Positions 61,501-64,000 of a DNA stretch of 64,000 bases are shown one piece after another. A program made the translations under genes and the position numbers. Within the stretch, counting starts at the first letter, position 1. The number at the start of each line of letters is the position of its first letter. This stretch comes from an uncultured Chloroflexia bacterium (GTDB taxonomy: Bacteria > Chloroflexota > Dehalococcoidia > DSTF01 > WHTK01): the NCBI GenBank assembly GCA_963731765.1, contig CAVSWS010000041.1:77691-141690 (forward strand). The letters are read 5' to 3'. The notes beneath the pieces are model-generated. The model saw only the letters and a list, made by a program, of their open reading frames with translations. It was not told where the DNA came from and did not search any database.

Positions 61501-61695
61501 AAGGAGCTGGACGAAAAAGGCTACGAGACGAAGATGCTCCTCCAGGTCCACGACGAGCTGATCTTCGAGGGCCCGCGCTCCGAACAAGAAGCTCTGCGCG
61601 AGATGCTCGAACGCATCATGCCCGCCAGCCTTGAGCTCATCGTCCCCCTGCGCATCGACATCAAGGCCGGCCCCAACTGGGCGGACATGGAGTAG
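58585..61695 (+). CDS. polA: DNA polymerase I
   Basis: 5' nuclease 'LLAILDGHGIIHRAYYAL...GYEADDVIG', 3'-5' exo-like region, and polymerase motifs 'RRAFVA', 'DYSQIELRILAHMS' and 'KMLLQVHDELIFE'. Proposed GTG start at aa 62 of the track ORF ('VTNSPEERKPLL'). A TATAAT box ends 6 nt upstream of it. Confidence 0.9.
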   Translation: MTNSPEERKPLLAILDGHGIIHRAYYALKDTPLVAKRTGENTSAVFGFTNTLLTIIDELKPTHLIVAVDLPGPTFRHARDASYKATRFENIKTNVNNVLKTVPDLEETVRSQIAEAVAGAENREAIHNGVYDTAEGAGVSDELRLEIERALAPIESSWELSRQMGRCLEMMDAFNIPVFSAQGYEADDVIGALSVQAAEQGIDTYLVTLDSDLIQLIQDDVTIYMMRPYQRDVVIYNEETATERYKFPPKLMADYKALRGDSSDNIPGIPGVGDGTATKLLTQYPGIEAIYEHLEEIKPDKLRENLRAHEAQVRQALDTATIRTDVPDITLNMDEAVVGRYDRQRVLDLLRDLEFRTLVPRLPPVDQTWLGASGEGQSNNDGEAGDESSPSQPTGRGPAGVVANYRVVTTEEDLDKLIERLRECGRFAFDLEGVGSNPYHCNLVGIAVACAPGEAYYVPVGHTPPQASLLDSPESDGESAAGINSRSGTAQLPEDMVLGRLAPLFADENVEKVAHAGKFDLALLTSRGIDTHGFAFDTLLAAYVLGEGALADTFRAGAGSLSLKWLTSRRLGYEMKEIIELVGKAGNKQTPISAVSVDDCLVYVCENVDYTLRLREPLEREMRDYGEMWKLFLNVEMPLVPVLARMEAAGIALDTNVLRELSIGLNEQIDYYEKEAYSAVGHEFNLGSPPQLSIVLFEELGLPKTRKTKQGYSTDAQSIEALRGVHPIIDIILHWRELTKLRSTYIDTLPLAVDSRDLRVHTTFDQAVAATGRLSSNNPNLQNIPVRSELGGQVRRAFVARDIGKDPVLLSADYSQIELRILAHMSQDPGLIEAFLNDEDIHAATASQVFGVAIEDVTRIQRNRAKVFNFGVLYGLTDFGLAQREGISREEARAFIDRYFDKYQAVKAWRDDIVNSTRADGYAETLAGRRRYIPDIHSSNFNVRMAAERVAINMPIQGTASDIIKIAMLGIDKELDEKGYETKMLLQVHDELIFEGPRSEQEALREMLERIMPASLELIVPLRIDIKAGPNWADME

Positions 61696-61794
61696 CAACG
61701 GCTGCGGTCAAGATCGTCTGCACAATGGCCTGTCAACGCTGCTGTATTGTTAACCAGGATTCTTCCGGCAGGAGCACGAGTCTGAGACGACGAC

Positions 61795-62217
61795 ATGCGA
61801 CAGCAGGCGATTCGAATTATCGAGCAGATGCCCGAAGGCGCTTCCCTCGAAGACATCATGTACGAGCTCTACTTCTGCTCACGAAGTGGATCGAGAGGCA
61901 TGCGGGAAGCCGAGGAGGGTGAAACTCGTGCCTCACGAGGAGGTGGTCCAGAGGATGAGTCCGAATGGCTCAAGTCCTTCTGGACGCTAGGAGCAGCCGA
62001 GGAACTCGAAGAATCTGCGTCATCGTCCAACAGCGAAGCTCTGGCGTTTACGCCGCCACCTTCGCTAGACCGAATTCTCGCCGCTGATCGCCGGACTGTC
62101 AGGATCAGCCCGCGAATGGACAGAGTCGTGCCTGAATATGAACCGAACGAATTCGAGAACTCATCGTTCGAGGACTATCGACGTCGTCTATGCACGTACC
62201 AGCGAGGACATCGATAA
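61795..62217 (+). CDS. Hypothetical protein (N-terminus reminiscent of addiction-module-component small proteins)
   Basis: 140 aa ORF in a locally AT-richer stretch. 'MRQQAIRIIEQMPEGASLEDIMYELYF' weakly resembles the addiction-module-component family. The rest is acidic low-complexity sequence. Confidence 0.3.
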   Translation: MRQQAIRIIEQMPEGASLEDIMYELYFCSRSGSRGMREAEEGETRASRGGGPEDESEWLKSFWTLGAAEELEESASSSNSEALAFTPPPSLDRILAADRRTVRISPRMDRVVPEYEPNEFENSSFEDYRRRLCTYQRGHR

Positions 62218-62331
62218 TGTCCGTATCTGGGCGATCACCCACGCGTAGCCGACGATCTGCAGGCGCTCGGCTCGGGAGACTTGGAAGTCGGCACCGGAAC
62301 TGGCCTAAGAGTGTGGGTCAGACCCGAGCCT

Positions 62332-62973
62332 TCAGCTCGTCGTCTTCACCCCCACACCCCGAAATACCGGGTGCACCGGCGAGAAGCTCATGCGCTCCGA
62401 TACCTCCAGCGTGAACCCCGCAGCCCGCACCGCGTCCTCGGTGTGGCGGTTGATGCTGCAGCCCGCAGACGCCCAACCGTACACGGGCTGAATCGTGCGC
62501 TGTACCGTGCCCCATTTGCCGTCGCGCGCGACGTGCTCCAGCAGCCGTAATTCGCTGCCGGCCTTTAGCACGCGTCGCATCTCTCGCAGCGATCCCTCGA
62601 GGTCCGACACGGTACACAGCACCAGGCACGACACAACCGCGTCGAAGTGCTCATCCGGGAACGGCAGCGACTCCGCCGGCGCATCCGATAGCGTCACTTT
62701 GCTCCGAACCTCAGCAGGCGACGCCGACAGCTTCTCTTCCGCCCGACGTCGCATGAACGGGTCCGGCTCCGTCGCCACCAGCGAGTCGATTGCGGACCAG
62801 CCGTAGTGCTCGAAGTTCGTGCCGGTGCCGCAGCCCACTTCCAGAACGGCGCCGCTCAGCCCGTCGAGCAGCCGGTCTCGCAGCGGGTTCATGCGCTTCT
62901 CATCCAGGCGATCGCAGAAGTCGTAGAACGCCGCGAACCATCGATGTCGCGGTCTGGGCAGTGATTCCGCCAT
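62332..62973 (-). CDS. Class I SAM-dependent methyltransferase (Methyltransf_11, UbiE/COQ5-like)
   Basis: 213 aa. Motif I 'VLEVGCGTGTN'. Post-I acidic residue and motif II/III spacing. Confidence 0.8.
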   Translation of the reverse strand: MAESLPRPRHRWFAAFYDFCDRLDEKRMNPLRDRLLDGLSGAVLEVGCGTGTNFEHYGWSAIDSLVATEPDPFMRRRAEEKLSASPAEVRSKVTLSDAPAESLPFPDEHFDAVVSCLVLCTVSDLEGSLREMRRVLKAGSELRLLEHVARDGKWGTVQRTIQPVYGWASAGCSINRHTEDAVRAAGFTLEVSERMSFSPVHPVFRGVGVKTTS

Positions 62974-63111
62974 CAGTCGGCCCTCCTCAGATAGGAGCTA
63001 TTCCGTCCCTCCGCTATCATCTGTCCATCATGCACATTCACACAGAGGCTGACGAGGGAGTCGCGTCCGGTCGCTCGCTCGCAGCAGATTCGTCGAAGCT
63101 CGGAGCACTCA

Positions 63112-63942
63112 ATGCCTGAGCTACCCGAAGTCGAGACCATCCGCCGCGACCTCGAGACGCTGGTCACCGGCCGGCGCATCACCGGCGTCACGATAGCGCC
63201 CGATGCCGGCAAGCCAGTCCCGGTGCTCAAGGACATTGACGAGGCGACCTTTCGCGAAGGCGTCGTCGGCGCCCGTATCGATGCCGTCGACCGGCGCGGG
63301 AAGTACCTCGCTATGCGCCTCGATACCGGCGCGCTCATCGTCGTCCACCTTCGCATGACCGGCAGCCTGCTGTATCGAGCGCCTGCTGACTCGCCGGAGC
63401 GCTTTCTGCGCCTCACGCTGCACCTCGATAACGGCCACGAGCTTCGTTTCACCGACATGCGCAAGTTCGGCGGCTTCTGGCTCCTCGATGACTTCGCGGA
63501 TGCCTCGAAGGGCGCCCTGGGCCCCGAGCCCCTGAGCGACGAGTTCACGGTCGAGCACCTCGCTGCCGCGCTCGCCAACCGCAAGGCGCCGGTGAAGTCG
63601 ATCCTCCTCGACCAGAAGCACATCGCCGGCATCGGCAACATCTACGCCGACGAAGCCTGCTACGCCGCCTGCATCGACCCGAGACGCCTGGGCGCGGACG
63701 TCACGCCGGAAGAGGTGCAGAAGCTGCACGCTGCGATACGCACCGTCCTGCTTTTCGGCGTCGAGAGCCGCGGTGCCAGCTTCAAGGACTACAAGGACCT
63801 TGCCGGTGAGGAAGGCAGCATGCACATGCACGTCAAGGTGTTCCGTCGCACGGGCAAGCCTTGCTATAGCTGTGGCACCGCCATCGAGCGCGTGAAGATC
63901 GGCGGCCGGAGCACGCACTTCTGCCCGAGGTGCCAGCGATGA
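63112..63942 (+). CDS. mutM: Formamidopyrimidine-DNA glycosylase
   Basis: 276 aa. N-terminal 'MPELPEVE' catalytic Pro2/Glu3, H2TH region, C-terminal zinc finger 'CYSCGTAIERVKIGGRSTHFCPRCQ'. Confidence 0.9.
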   Translation: MPELPEVETIRRDLETLVTGRRITGVTIAPDAGKPVPVLKDIDEATFREGVVGARIDAVDRRGKYLAMRLDTGALIVVHLRMTGSLLYRAPADSPERFLRLTLHLDNGHELRFTDMRKFGGFWLLDDFADASKGALGPEPLSDEFTVEHLAAALANRKAPVKSILLDQKHIAGIGNIYADEACYAACIDPRRLGADVTPEEVQKLHAAIRTVLLFGVESRGASFKDYKDLAGEEGSMHMHVKVFRRTGKPCYSCGTAIERVKIGGRSTHFCPRCQR

Positions 63943-64000
63943 GCCCGGGGAGGTAGAATCTGTCTCGATGAATTCTTTCAACATCGATGTCGAGCTAACT

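Overview
High-GC (~65-70%) bacterial chromosomal window, densely coding on both strands. The gene content and surface-protein architecture (DUF11 repeats, LPQTG sortase substrate, PT-rich linkers) are consistent with a Chloroflexi/Thermomicrobia-like or actinobacterial genome. Housekeeping genes are recognisable: ccsA, the hom/coiled-coil/thrC and rpsF-ssb-rpsR operons, htrA-rsmD-coaD, leuS, ilvC, rpoD-like sigma factor, polA, mutM and an F-type ATP synthase operon. No rRNA, tRNA, CRISPR array or transposase was found. All coordinates are taken from the supplied ORF track; corrected starts are derived from amino-acid offsets within those ORFs, not from independent nucleotide indexing. Main observations: (1) a compact minus-strand operon of an Acetyltransf_6/CelD-like acyltransferase, an MshA-like GT4 glycosyltransferase and a PIG-L deacetylase, divergent from a LuxR regulator, which I interpret as a candidate undescribed GlcN-conjugate (mycothiol/bacillithiol-like) pathway; (2) an atp operon with N-ATPase-like gene order (atpD-atpC-small membrane protein-atpB-atpE-atpF-atpA-atpG), a tandem-duplicated fused c subunit, and a b subunit carrying a delta-like C-terminal domain with no separate atpH; (3) a sortase plus giant LPQTG surface protein; (4) tandem lipoprotein beta-propeller paralogs, one frameshifted; (5) an in-frame GC palindrome inside leuS; (6) a low-GC islet with a DUF4258/DUF2283 toxin-antitoxin-like pair beside permuted CaiB-family fragments. 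Many long ORFs in the track are GC-rich antisense artefacts and were rejected.
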